From positions 13,299-77,298 of IMG/VR virus record IMGVR_UViG_3300042197_003344: a DNA stretch of 64,000 bases, one strand, 5' to 3'. The notes below the pieces were generated by a model. The model was not told the DNA's origin. It searched no databases and saw only the letters and a list, made by a program, of their open reading frames with translations. A program made the translations under genes and the position numbers. Positions 27,408-35,085 of this stretch are shown here, piece after piece (the first letter of the stretch is position 1; every line of letters begins with the position of its first letter). The DNA comes from a virus.

Positions 27408-27482
27408 TGGTGGTAATGGAAAGAGTTGAACTTTCACTGGGCACCGTATGAAGGTGTTGCACTACCATTATGCTACATTACC
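27408..27482 (-). tRNA. tRNA-Met(CAT), elongator Met or Ile2
   Basis: Loop TTCATAC, ACCA. Confidence 0.8.
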
Positions 27483-27568
27483 ATATAGAAACACACTTAT
27501 GCCTTTTTCCTAGAAGGTGGCCTTTCCCAGTACTCTAACTATGTTTGGAGTTAAGTGTGTTTTTATAT
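27483..27568 (-). ncRNA. Candidate stem-closed small RNA between tRNAs
   Basis: atataaaaacacactta...taagtgtgtttctatat inverted repeat enclosing two small hairpins. Confidence 0.45.
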
Positions 27569-27642
27569 GGTAGGAGCACAGGGATTTGAACCCTGGACCA
27601 ACGGATTAAAAGTCCGCTGCTCTACCGCTGAGCTATACTCCC
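27568..27642 (-). tRNA. tRNA-Lys(TTT)
   Basis: Loop CTTTTAA. Confidence 0.92.
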
Positions 27643-27647
27643 ATATA

Positions 27648-27737
27648 GTCCGTATTAAGTTGATTTACTGTGCCAACCTGGACCATACGGGATTCCAGGC
27701 GACACTAAGGTTTACCTCGCTTCATGTCTTTCTCCTT
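27648..27737 (-). other. RBS + 6-codon mini-ORF (MKRGKP-amber) + H-type pseudoknot
   Basis: AAGGAG, ATG AAG CGA GGT AAA CCT TAG; S1 gtgtcgcctgga/tccaggttggcac; S2 ccgtat/atacgg. Confidence 0.6.
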
Positions 27738-27746
27738 AGTGTTTGT

Positions 27747-27775
27747 ATTATATGTTCACTTCAATGTTTTGTCAA
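27747..27775 (-). promoter_or_regulatory. sigma70-type promoter upstream of mini-ORF/pseudoknot
   Basis: TTGACA-17-TATAAT. Confidence 0.85.
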
Positions 27776-27842
27776 TCCAAATCAACCCTATGATAACCAA
27801 AATAATAACTGCGACCGCCCCATTTTGTTTTCTCCTTATAGT

Positions 27843-27917
27843 TGGTAGCCTATCTTGGGAACGATCCAAGGACCCCCGCCTTATCAAGACGGTGCTCTAC
27901 CACTGAGCTAATAGGCT
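27843..27917 (-). tRNA. tRNA-Ile(GAT)
   Basis: Loop TTGATAA; T loop ATCGTTC. Confidence 0.88.
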
Positions 27918-27922
27918 ATATT

Positions 27923-28012
27923 TGGTGGAAGCGGTGAGATTCGAACTCACGGACCCTTTCGGATCGTCTGTTTTCAAGACAGGTGCATTCAGCCAGGCTC
28001 TGCCACACTTCC
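27923..28012 (-). tRNA. tRNA-Ser(TGA)
   Basis: Loop CTTGAAA, V arm. Confidence 0.9.
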
Positions 28013-28020
28013 ATAATCTT

Positions 28021-28098
28021 TGGTACCCCTCGTCGGATTCGAACCGACACGATTCTCCTTTTGAGAGAGACGCCTCATACCAATTGGGCTAGAGGGGC
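28021..28098 (-). tRNA. tRNA-Leu(CAA), short variable loop
   Basis: Loop CTCAAAA. Confidence 0.82.
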
Positions 28099-28102
28099 AT
28101 AC

Positions 28103-28180
28103 TGGAGCACAGGGTGAGATTTGAACTCACGGTTTTAGGGATTTGCAGTCCCTTGCATTGGGCCACTCTGCCACCTGTGC
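28103..28180 (-). tRNA. tRNA-Cys(GCA)
   Basis: Loop CTGCAAA, U73. Confidence 0.9.
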
Positions 28181-28186
28181 ATTGTT

Positions 28187-28260
28187 TGGCGTACCCTGAG
28201 GGATTTGAACCCCCACCGACAGTTTTGGAGACTGTAATGCTGCCGTTACACTAAGGATAC
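28187..28260 (-). tRNA. tRNA-Trp(CCA)
   Basis: Loop CTCCAAA, G73. Confidence 0.9.
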
Positions 28261-28264
28261 ATAT

Positions 28265-28363
28265 TGGTGCCTCTGGCAGGACTCGAACCTGCACACGCCG
28301 GCTTATCTGGCCGGTGCTTTGACGAGGTATAAGCTCGTTTCTTTACCATTAAGCTACAGAGGC
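28265..28363 (-). tRNA. tRNA-Ile(TAT) with long extra arm
   Basis: Loop CTTATAC; about 29-nt variable region with ccggc/gccgg stem. Confidence 0.75.
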
Positions 28364-28369
28364 AAAACT

Positions 28370-28445
28370 TGGAGCGGGTGAACAGTCTCGAACTGTCGAC
28401 CTTAACTTTGGCAAAGTTACGCTCTACCAACTGAGCTACACCCGC
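28370..28445 (-). tRNA. tRNA-Gly(GCC), second copy
   Basis: Loop TTGCCAA. Confidence 0.92.
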
Positions 28446-28446
28446 A

Positions 28447-28521
28447 TGGTACACGGTACGAGAATCGAACTCGTCTTTCCGCCTTGAAAGGGCAGCGTCC
28501 TTACCGATAGACGAACCGTGC
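28447..28521 (-). tRNA. tRNA-Glu(TTC)
   Basis: Loop CTTTCAA. Confidence 0.9.
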
Positions 28522-28527
28522 ATTATT

Positions 28528-28602
28528 TGGCTCCGAGAGTAGGGATCGAACCTACGACCAATTGGTTAACAGCCAACTGCACTACCGCTGTGCTATCTCG
28601 GA
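28528..28602 (-). tRNA. tRNA-Asn(GTT)
   Basis: Loop CTGTTAA. Confidence 0.92.
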
Positions 28603-28611
28603 ATAAAACTT

Positions 28612-28686
28612 TGGCGGTCCCAGGGGGTAACGATCCCCCTCCTTCGGCGTGACAAGCCGGTATGCGTCCATGAACACCTTGAGACC
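28612..28686 (-). tRNA. tRNA-Asp(GTC)
   Basis: Loop TTGTCAC; T loop ATCGTTA. Confidence 0.85.
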
Positions 28687-28691
28687 AAATT

Positions 28692-28780
28692 TGGTGGACC
28701 CTGAAGGAATCGAACCTAATCGCCAGCCACCCAACATATCAAGGCAACAGATTTACAGTCTGCCGTTGGGAACAGGATCC
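28692..28780 (-). tRNA. tRNA-Tyr(GTA)-like RNA lacking a canonical D arm
   Basis: 8-bp acceptor GGATCCTG/CAGGGTCC, GCAGA-CTGTAAA-TCTGT, TTCGATT loop, ACCA. Confidence 0.7.
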
Positions 28781-28790
28781 AAAATTTGTA

Positions 28791-29006
28791 ACACTCTCCG
28801 ACTATGTCTGTCAACCGCTTACAAGGCAGTAAGGAGAGTGTGTAATTAAGCATTCTCCTTTATGATTTTAGACGCCGTCGCAGGGCGAATGGTGAATGCT
28901 TAATTACGCTAGTTTTTTTAGTCCCACAAGAGGGATTCCATCCACTAGGCCGCCCGTTTACGTTTTTATTACAGTGTGTCGCTAGGACCTCGTTCCCTAT
29001 CCACAC
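28791..29006 (-). ncRNA. Cluster of candidate structured RNAs at 5' end of tRNA array
   Basis: acactctcc/ggagagtgt; gtaattaagcattc/gaatgcttaattac; gtgtg/cacac with tagg/ccta. Confidence 0.4.
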
Positions 29007-29013
29007 TTGAGTC

Positions 29014-29190
29014 TTAGTCTTCGTAGACTGGACTCATTTGTTGAGCTTCGTATAAAACACGGGCTCTATCGATCTTATCTTGAATAAGTTTGCGTTTCTG
29101 TTCTTCATCTAGTACCTGACTAGCAGAAGCGTAAGCCTGTTCAACTATGTGTTGACTCAACTGATTAAATTCTTTTTCGTTCAAATACAT
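29014..29190 (-). CDS. Small hypothetical protein (58 aa, not in ORF track); first gene after attenuator
   Basis: MYLNEKEFNQ...SPVYED; RBS AAGGAG. Confidence 0.7.
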   Translation of the reverse strand: MYLNEKEFNQLSQHIVEQAYASASQVLDEEQKRKLIQDKIDRARVLYEAQQMSPVYED

Positions 29191-29204
29191 ATTTCTCCTT
29201 ATAT

Positions 29205-29238
29205 AAACAAAAACCCCAGGGTTTTTAGTCCTGGGGTC
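29205..29238 (-). terminator. Intrinsic terminator of putative attenuator
   Basis: accccagg-actaaaaac-cctggggt followed by ttttgttt. Confidence 0.85.
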
Positions 29239-29289
29239 CTTTTGTGGTTTGAGTTACTTTTTGCTTAACTCACAGCCTCCACGGACCCC
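29233..29289 (-). promoter_or_regulatory. Antiterminator hairpin overlapping leader stop and terminator 5' arm
   Basis: Nested ggggtcc/ggacccc, gtgg/ccac, tgagtta/taactca. Confidence 0.7.
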
Positions 29290-29405
29290 GGATATAGCTC
29301 TGGTGTACGATCATTATTAAAGAGACTAATCGCAGACCAAGAGATGGACATGCCTACCTGTTTGGCTATACAATAATGTCTTGATAACGATCTTACTGTG
29401 TTCAT
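29265..29405 (-). CDS. Putative attenuator leader peptide (46 aa, all 20 amino acids)
   Basis: MNTVRSLSRHYCIAKQVGMSISWSAISLFNNDRTPELYPGSVEAVS; upstream AAGGA. Confidence 0.65.
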   Translation of the reverse strand: MNTVRSLSRHYCIAKQVGMSISWSAISLFNNDRTPELYPGSVEAVS

Positions 29406-29455
29406 TTGCTTTGTTTTTTCCTTTAAATTATGCGCTATCTCTAACGCATATGTCT

Positions 29456-29484
29456 ATTGTATAGTTATTTAGTCTCGCTGTCAA
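29456..29484 (-). promoter_or_regulatory. sigma70-type promoter P1 of tRNA operon leader
   Basis: TTGACA-17-TACAAT. Confidence 0.8.
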
Positions 29485-29550
29485 CCACTTTTGGTAAAAT
29501 TGATTACAAGCTCTGTTGCTTGTTTTGCAAGACAATTTAACTATGCACTA

Positions 29551-29579
29551 ATTGTATTGTCTGTTTATTTATATGTCAA
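29551..29579 (-). promoter_or_regulatory. sigma70-type promoter P2, with TATAAATA in spacer
   Basis: TTGACA-17-TACAAT; spacer begins TATAAATA. Confidence 0.75.
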
Positions 29580-29607
29580 CTAAAAATACCCAGATAATGT
29601 GGCATTT

Positions 29608-29850
29608 TTACAACAGTTTATCAGATTCGATTAGTAAGTGCTTACCAACTTCGAACATACCTACTCCGCCTACGAGATCAAGACAACTGGCGTGAACCTG
29701 TGCTTCGCCGCAGTCATCCATCGAACAGGCTACGAATTCTTTTATCTTTCCTTCCTCGATCTGTCGTTGCATTTCTCGCAACACTTCTAGCATCGAGATT
29801 TTTCTTTCTTCATCTTTTTTAGCTTTTGGATCAAGTGTAACTACATTCAT
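29608..29850 (-). CDS. Hypothetical protein
   Basis: 80-aa ORF in operon context. Confidence 0.7.
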   Translation of the reverse strand: MNVVTLDPKAKKDEERKISMLEVLREMQRQIEEGKIKEFVACSMDDCGEAQVHASCLDLVGGVGMFEVGKHLLIESDKLL

Positions 29851-29859
29851 AAAAAATCC

Positions 29860-30420
29860 TTAGGTAATATGGTCTGCCACATTAAGATCTACACATTCTT
29901 CTGCTGTCAGATAAACATCAGACGGTGGCAGCAATTTTTTCTTGATCACGCCGGCAGCTAATCCGGTGGCTTCTTTCAATATCACTACCATTTTTTCATT
30001 ACAGATATCATTTTCTTTCATGGTCGCTTTGAGATCATGATATTTGTCACTCATAGTTTCGCTGAATTGATGACACATAAAACTGGTATTTCTGGCAGCA
30101 TATCTTTCGCCTTTGGTTCCTGCTGCAAAGATTAAAAATGCTGCACTCATCACTGAACCCAGGGCTATAGTTCTTACAGAATGACGACTATTTCTAATCA
30201 CATCGATCAGTGCAAATGCTTCGTAGAGATTACCGCCCGTTGAGTTTATGTACAGAGTAAGAACTTTTTCTTTGGCATCTAGATTTTCGTATAAAATCCA
30301 TTTGATGCATTCTGAAATATTGCTCTCTTCAATTTCCCCAAAAAGATAATGTATGTTGCTTTCGAGTAATTTAATGTTGACGCGATCTTCCGCATTAAAA
30401 TCATCTGCTTTTTTGGTCAC
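29860..30420 (-). CDS. clpP: ClpP-like protease
   Basis: LYINSTGG, MSAA (Ser), MCHQ (His), DVYLTAEEC; likely GTG start after GGAG. Confidence 0.85.
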   Translation of the reverse strand: MTKKADDFNAEDRVNIKLLESNIHYLFGEIEESNISECIKWILYENLDAKEKVLTLYINSTGGNLYEAFALIDVIRNSRHSVRTIALGSVMSAAFLIFAAGTKGERYAARNTSFMCHQFSETMSDKYHDLKATMKENDICNEKMVVILKEATGLAAGVIKKKLLPPSDVYLTAEECVDLNVADHIT

Positions 30421-30468
30421 GTTTGCTCCTCTGGATTCACTATTACTTATCATATATTATAGCATCAG

Positions 30469-30738
30469 TTAATTCCAGCGACCGTTTTCATAATCCCAAT
30501 GTCTGTTATCGTATATCCTAAAACACACTCCGTAGCCCAAAATGCCTAAAACAAGTTCTAAACCTGCGTGATCTTGTTTGGTAGTGAACTTACATTCTGC
30601 GTCTAAAATCATTCCGTCGTAAAAAGTGTGTTCTAATTCCCAACTTTTATTTTGGGTGATTTTACCAAAAATGGAACCTAGATTTTTAAATCTATCTCGG
30701 CTCCAGGGATTTTGAATTTCAAACCGTAGATTTATCAT
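30469..30738 (-). CDS. Hypothetical phage protein
   Basis: Coupled small ORF. Confidence 0.7.
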   Translation of the reverse strand: MINLRFEIQNPWSRDRFKNLGSIFGKITQNKSWELEHTFYDGMILDAECKFTTKQDHAGLELVLGILGYGVCFRIYDNRHWDYENGRWN

Positions 30739-30923
30739 TCGGGTAAGGGAGTAAATCTACTCAAAAAGCTTTCTTGATAACAGCTATATTCTTTAGGCTG
30801 ATCGTCAACAGGTTGTTCCATTCTGTAGTAGACCCAATCTTTGCCTTCTACTATCATAGTTCCTATAACAACAAAAACTCTGCCCTGTCCACTCCACCAT
30901 CTTGATCCGTTTTTTATTTCCAT
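30735..30923 (-). CDS. Hypothetical phage protein
   Basis: RBS GGAGG; coupled. Confidence 0.7.
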   Translation of the reverse strand: MEIKNGSRWWSGQGRVFVVIGTMIVEGKDWVYYRMEQPVDDQPKEYSCYQESFLSRFTPLPE

Positions 30924-30931
30924 ACACCCTC

Positions 30932-31336
30932 CTATGTTTTAAAAACTTCCGTAGCCTCCGTGTCTACATTCTCTACCATATGTAGCATAAATCTATATGC
31001 ATCCCAGGCTGTCTTGACAGACTCGTTATCACTGAGAGCTGTGGGGAAAATATCGACCCAGATTGAACTCTCAGGTTGCATATGACGATGCATACCCTGT
31101 GCTCTGGGCTGTAGCACACGATTGGTATTCCACAGTGCCAATGCTACTGCTAAACATTGATCGTAGTCTAGACCCATTAGGTAGGTAGATTCATCCATAT
31201 ATGTGCCGATGACCTGCGCAATATGTTCTTGATCTCTGATACGGGTGGCAGTGATGAGGAATGCCACATCGTCGATGCTGACTTCGCCGTTGACGATATC
31301 ACGAACACAACGACCAAAACTAAAACCAATCTTCAT
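30932..31336 (-). CDS. Hypothetical phage protein
   Basis: MKIGFSFGRCVRDIV; coupled. Confidence 0.75.
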   Translation of the reverse strand: MKIGFSFGRCVRDIVNGEVSIDDVAFLITATRIRDQEHIAQVIGTYMDESTYLMGLDYDQCLAVALALWNTNRVLQPRAQGMHRHMQPESSIWVDIFPTALSDNESVKTAWDAYRFMLHMVENVDTEATEVFKT

Positions 31337-31803
31337 TCTTCGAGCCCTGACTGTTTCATTTCTCGTTGGCGCTGATCTTCGTCGATGAGATCTTCTTCTT
31401 TAGCGTGTGCATCACAGGCAGTATAGATCCAACCTCGACCACGTATCTGACCAGGACTACCACATTCTTCGCAGGTCACTGCACTCATACTTTCAGCCAT
31501 ACGGATCATACCATAGATAGTATCGTCAACGCCACTGGTATAAAAACGCAGTGTACCAAACTTTTCTTTGACCTGCATGGCTATGACCTGCGAGCAGCCT
31601 TCCCCACGTCCATACTTTTCTTTCTGCTCTTGCTTCCAATCAACGTGATGCTGGATATTTGAGCAGAGCTGATTGATGATATTAAACCAACCATCTCCGC
31701 ATTCAAATCCCCAACACATAGCAGTTTCTGCCATAGGAGCGTGTCTATCCTTGAAAATCTTAGGATAGCGTTCACACAGCAGTTCGTCTAGTTCTCGTTT
31801 CAT
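31333..31803 (-). CDS. Conserved hypothetical phage protein (QVKEKFG motif, Zn ribbon)
   Basis: GDGW, QVKEKFGTLRFY, CEECG..C..H. Confidence 0.75.
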   Translation of the reverse strand: MKRELDELLCERYPKIFKDRHAPMAETAMCWGFECGDGWFNIINQLCSNIQHHVDWKQEQKEKYGRGEGCSQVIAMQVKEKFGTLRFYTSGVDDTIYGMIRMAESMSAVTCEECGSPGQIRGRGWIYTACDAHAKEEDLIDEDQRQREMKQSGLEE

Positions 31804-32255
31804 TTTGAAATCAACCAATTCAAATGTGCTTTAAGAAAACGGACCAAACCGTAGAGTTCTTTACTGTTTTCAGGACAGAGTTTGCTTCGCCAATCGTGCT
31901 TTAAGTTTACAGACTTCTTTTGTAGATAGCGGGTTTTAAACGCAGTACCTGGTTTAGAAATGGTAACATTGTAGTCCCAAGAAGTATCATAGTACTGACT
32001 GCGACCAGTTTTGCCTTTGACAAACTTGCAGACATAACCATCGGATGTACGAATAGTCCAATGATTCTTTTCATCTTTACTCCAACTGTAGCCTTCGATA
32101 GTATCAGCGATCTCTCGCATATCGTCAGCTTCTTTTTGTAGAGCTACCAATCTGTTAGAAATTTTAGTCATATCGCTGGGAGTCAAACCCATTAGTTGAG
32201 CCTGTACTAGGATACGTTCTTGTTTGTCAGTGAGTTTTGCTCTTTCTCTGGGCAT
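31800..32255 (-). CDS. Hypothetical protein
   Basis: Follows sigma70 promoter 32288-32316. Confidence 0.7.
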   Translation of the reverse strand: MPRERAKLTDKQERILVQAQLMGLTPSDMTKISNRLVALQKEADDMREIADTIEGYSWSKDEKNHWTIRTSDGYVCKFVKGKTGRSQYYDTSWDYNVTISKPGTAFKTRYLQKKSVNLKHDWRSKLCPENSKELYGLVRFLKAHLNWLISK

Positions 32256-32287
32256 AATACACTCGCTATTTCAATTAATGATACACT

Positions 32288-32316
32288 ATTATAGCATATC
32301 TTCTTAAGAAAGTCAA
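32288..32316 (-). promoter_or_regulatory. sigma70-type promoter
   Basis: TTGACT-17-TATAAT with extended -10 TG. Confidence 0.75.
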
Positions 32317-32434
32317 TGAGGTTTTGTCAATGATTTTGATATTTCTACCACACCGCCATAGGCTAAACTAACCATAATAATCGCTAATGGCGGAACTACA
32401 AAGATTATATAACACCATATTAGTATTTTGGCTA

Positions 32435-33964
32435 TCATCCCCACCTCAGCAGAAACATAGTAATTTCTTTTTTATTTTTAAATTGAAAAGTATCAAAACT
32501 TAATCGGCGGCCGCAGTTGTGTTCTTCACACCATTGTTGTATTGGATCTATGTCTTTTTCGCTGAGTCCTGTGACAAAATGATTTTCATTATCTGCAGAA
32601 ATTACCCGCATTCTTGCTGATAGTGCATATCGCCTAGCAGTATCTATCCAATAAATTTTGGTATTGGGTAGTTCGGTCATTTCATCGATCCATATTTGAT
32701 TATATCTCATGCCCATCTCATAGCAAACATACTAGCATCTTGCTCGTTTTGGAAATACCAAGCTCGACAACTAGATTCTTTTATGTCTCGAAATTTACTT
32801 TGGCAATGCTCCATACACCAGGTCAATTTTTCTGCAAAGTCATCATCATTGATTAATCTCACCACATGATAAGATTCAAGGATCTGCATCAATCTTTCGT
32901 GTTCCAATAAAATTGCCCCTACTTGTTTATGGGCCATATTGGCAAATAATTTTGGATATTCTTTACTTGCCATACTTTAACAACCATTCTGTCAATGCTG
33001 GTCCCATAAATTTTGCTCTTATTACGTACTTATGTCCCATATCGGCAAAATCTGCCTGATGATAGTACACAGGAACTTCATAGGCATTTTTCATTACCCA
33101 TTGTCCTCGTTCACTCTGTTGCCATTCCCATATAGGTTGGGCAGCGTATATTTCCGGATCGTCAACATCGCCTACTTTAAATTCATAAACAGTTACTCCG
33201 CGAATTTCTTCGACTCTGTCTCCTACGATTTTGTATTTTATGTCCATTTTAATGTAAAGTTCACAGCGTCTCCTTTGTTTTCAAAAACAAAGGTGGTACC
33301 TCTATGCTCAAAAGGATGTTTGATATGTTCTTCGCACCACATCAAAATGTCTACAGAATGTTTGCGACTGAAGAATCTAGTAAGAACTACTTTCTTCCAT
33401 CCTAGTTGTACCAGCATGTCTGATAGTATGTGAAAATCCATTTCACTCTGCATGCCACTGGCTAACTCATTGGCGATTTCTTCTTCTAGGTTTGCGGCCA
33501 TATTGATTTTTTAAAGTACTCTCACATCCACCTCAGTGCGAACATCACATGATCGTAATCATTGTTGAAGAAGAAGAATAGTCTAGGACCTACACTGTCA
33601 TAGGTCCATCGCTTGTCTCCTACAAGTCCACGAGGATCTGGTTCGCTGTGTCCAAATCTCTGCACACACCATCGGACCATTTCTTTCTTGTGTTCTGCCT
33701 GTAGTTTGTCAAAGCTGATTTTAATCACATCCACCTCAGAGAAAACAATAGATAATCTCGTTCTTCTTTAAACCAGAACTGGGTACTTCCAAACATTGAA
33801 TCGACCCGCCAGCGATTATCACCTAAGACCAGAGAACATTGCCAACCACCGGTTCCGAGATTCTTTTGACACCAACGTATCATGTCCTCTTGTTCATGAT
33901 ATCTGTCTTTGCCAAAAGAAACCTTAGTGATTAACTCCAGGTCCTGTGTGCTTCCGCTACCCAT
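32435..33964 (-). CDS. Tandem array of six small paralogous proteins (32435-32716, 32707-32973, 32963-33247, 33238-33501, 33522-33734, 33725-33964)
   Basis: Shared WC motif and C-terminal F-x-L-R/K-W (MFLLRW, MFAMRW, WLLKY, FTLKW, MFALRW, LFSLRW). Confidence 0.7.
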
Positions 33965-34257
33965 TCTGCACCATCATATTCTTGTATGATCCATTCAACA
34001 TCACCAGGGATCTCCACTATTTTAAGATTGGAATGGGGACCGTTGGCTCCCATTCCTAGTTGCTTGACGATTTTTACTAGATAGGGATCATCTCTAGCGA
34101 TTTCCCTATCGTAAAATTCAGGATCGGTGATACAGGCCAAACGACGATACTCATCGATAGCTTTAGAACTTAATCCAAAGCCACCATAGCAGTCATTGAT
34201 AACCACAGAACGCACACCTGTTTTTAGATCTTCTAGAAACTTTTGTTTATCGTTCAT
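33931..34257 (-). CDS. Conserved hypothetical phage protein
   Basis: VINDCYGGFGLS..RDDP..EYDGAEWV. Confidence 0.75.
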   Translation of the reverse strand: MNDKQKFLEDLKTGVRSVVINDCYGGFGLSSKAIDEYRRLACITDPEFYDREIARDDPYLVKIVKQLGMGANGPHSNLKIVEIPGDVEWIIQEYDGAEWVAEAHRTWS

Positions 34258-35057
34258 ATTTCCACCGTTAAGTTAGGGTTCCAACCAGTATCCTCACTCC
34301 ACCCACTGGTCTGTTCATAGCCTCTGGGATTACAGATAACACGGCAATCACCGACTGAGTAGTCAAATGGATGATGTGTATGACCGTGCGTCCACAGTTT
34401 TATCTGAGGATGATCTAACATTATGTCTGTGAGATCACTGTGATATGCACCGTTCATTACGTGATCACTTCTGTACATTTCGTGGCAGCTCTGATAAGAA
34501 GGAGTGTGGTGACCAACTACCACTACCTTTTTATCTGGATTTTCTTTTACTACCAGTTTTATATAATCTACGGTATCACGATGTCGTTTAGCAGTTTCTA
34601 CAGGCTTTAATTTTGTATAGCCCAAGTTATCATCCGTGATAGCACGAAAATCGTTCATCATATCACGAACGGCGTGAAGTGTCAGAGGATCACCTTTGTT
34701 CATATCTGTCCAAAGGGTTCCGCCAACAAAAACTACATCGTTGATGATTTTGGTATCTCTTTCTAAGAAATAGACATTATCGTGAACTGCGCAGGCAGCA
34801 CGAAGCTTGTCTATACTCTTAGACCAATATCCGCCATAGAATTCGTGATTACCTGCGATATAAATCACGTGAGGGAACTGAAAACTTACTCTCTTTAAAA
34901 AGTCTCTAAAACGGATTCCAAGCTCACTTTCTGGCAGAAGAATTTTTTCAGCCAGCATAATATCACCGCCGAGTATTAAGACGTCAGCATTGTTTTCATT
35001 TTTTATGAAATAATCCGAAAACTCTAAATGCAGATCGGAAACAATTTGGATACGCAT
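34254..35057 (-). CDS. Calcineurin-like metallophosphoesterase
   Basis: SDLHLE, GD, GNHE, HH, HGHTH, NPRGY. Confidence 0.9.
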   Translation of the reverse strand: MRIQIVSDLHLEFSDYFIKNENNADVLILGGDIMLAEKILLPESELGIRFRDFLKRVSFQFPHVIYIAGNHEFYGGYWSKSIDKLRAACAVHDNVYFLERDTKIINDVVFVGGTLWTDMNKGDPLTLHAVRDMMNDFRAITDDNLGYTKLKPVETAKRHRDTVDYIKLVVKENPDKKVVVVGHHTPSYQSCHEMYRSDHVMNGAYHSDLTDIMLDHPQIKLWTHGHTHHPFDYSVGDCRVICNPRGYEQTSGWSEDTGWNPNLTVEI

Positions 35058-35085
35058 AATTTCTCTTTCTTAGAAAAGTATGTAT

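Noticed and set aside
27761-27837. Small membrane peptide gene (GAVAVIILVIIGLIWIDKTLK) behind an AAGGAG site
   Set aside because: The hydrophobic frame is out of phase with the ATG (G-run frameshift); too weak to call.
26159-28849. ORF-track entries overlapping tRNAs (e.g. 26159, 26608, 26781, 27555, 28251, 28649)
   Set aside because: Spurious frames across tRNA genes with no RBS or protein-like composition.
23977-29006. Theta/HDV-like or hammerhead ribozymes flanking tRNAs
   Set aside because: I could not build the nested double pseudoknot or find a CTGATGA...GAAA core by eye, and the tRNAs already encode CCA; a covariance search would settle it.
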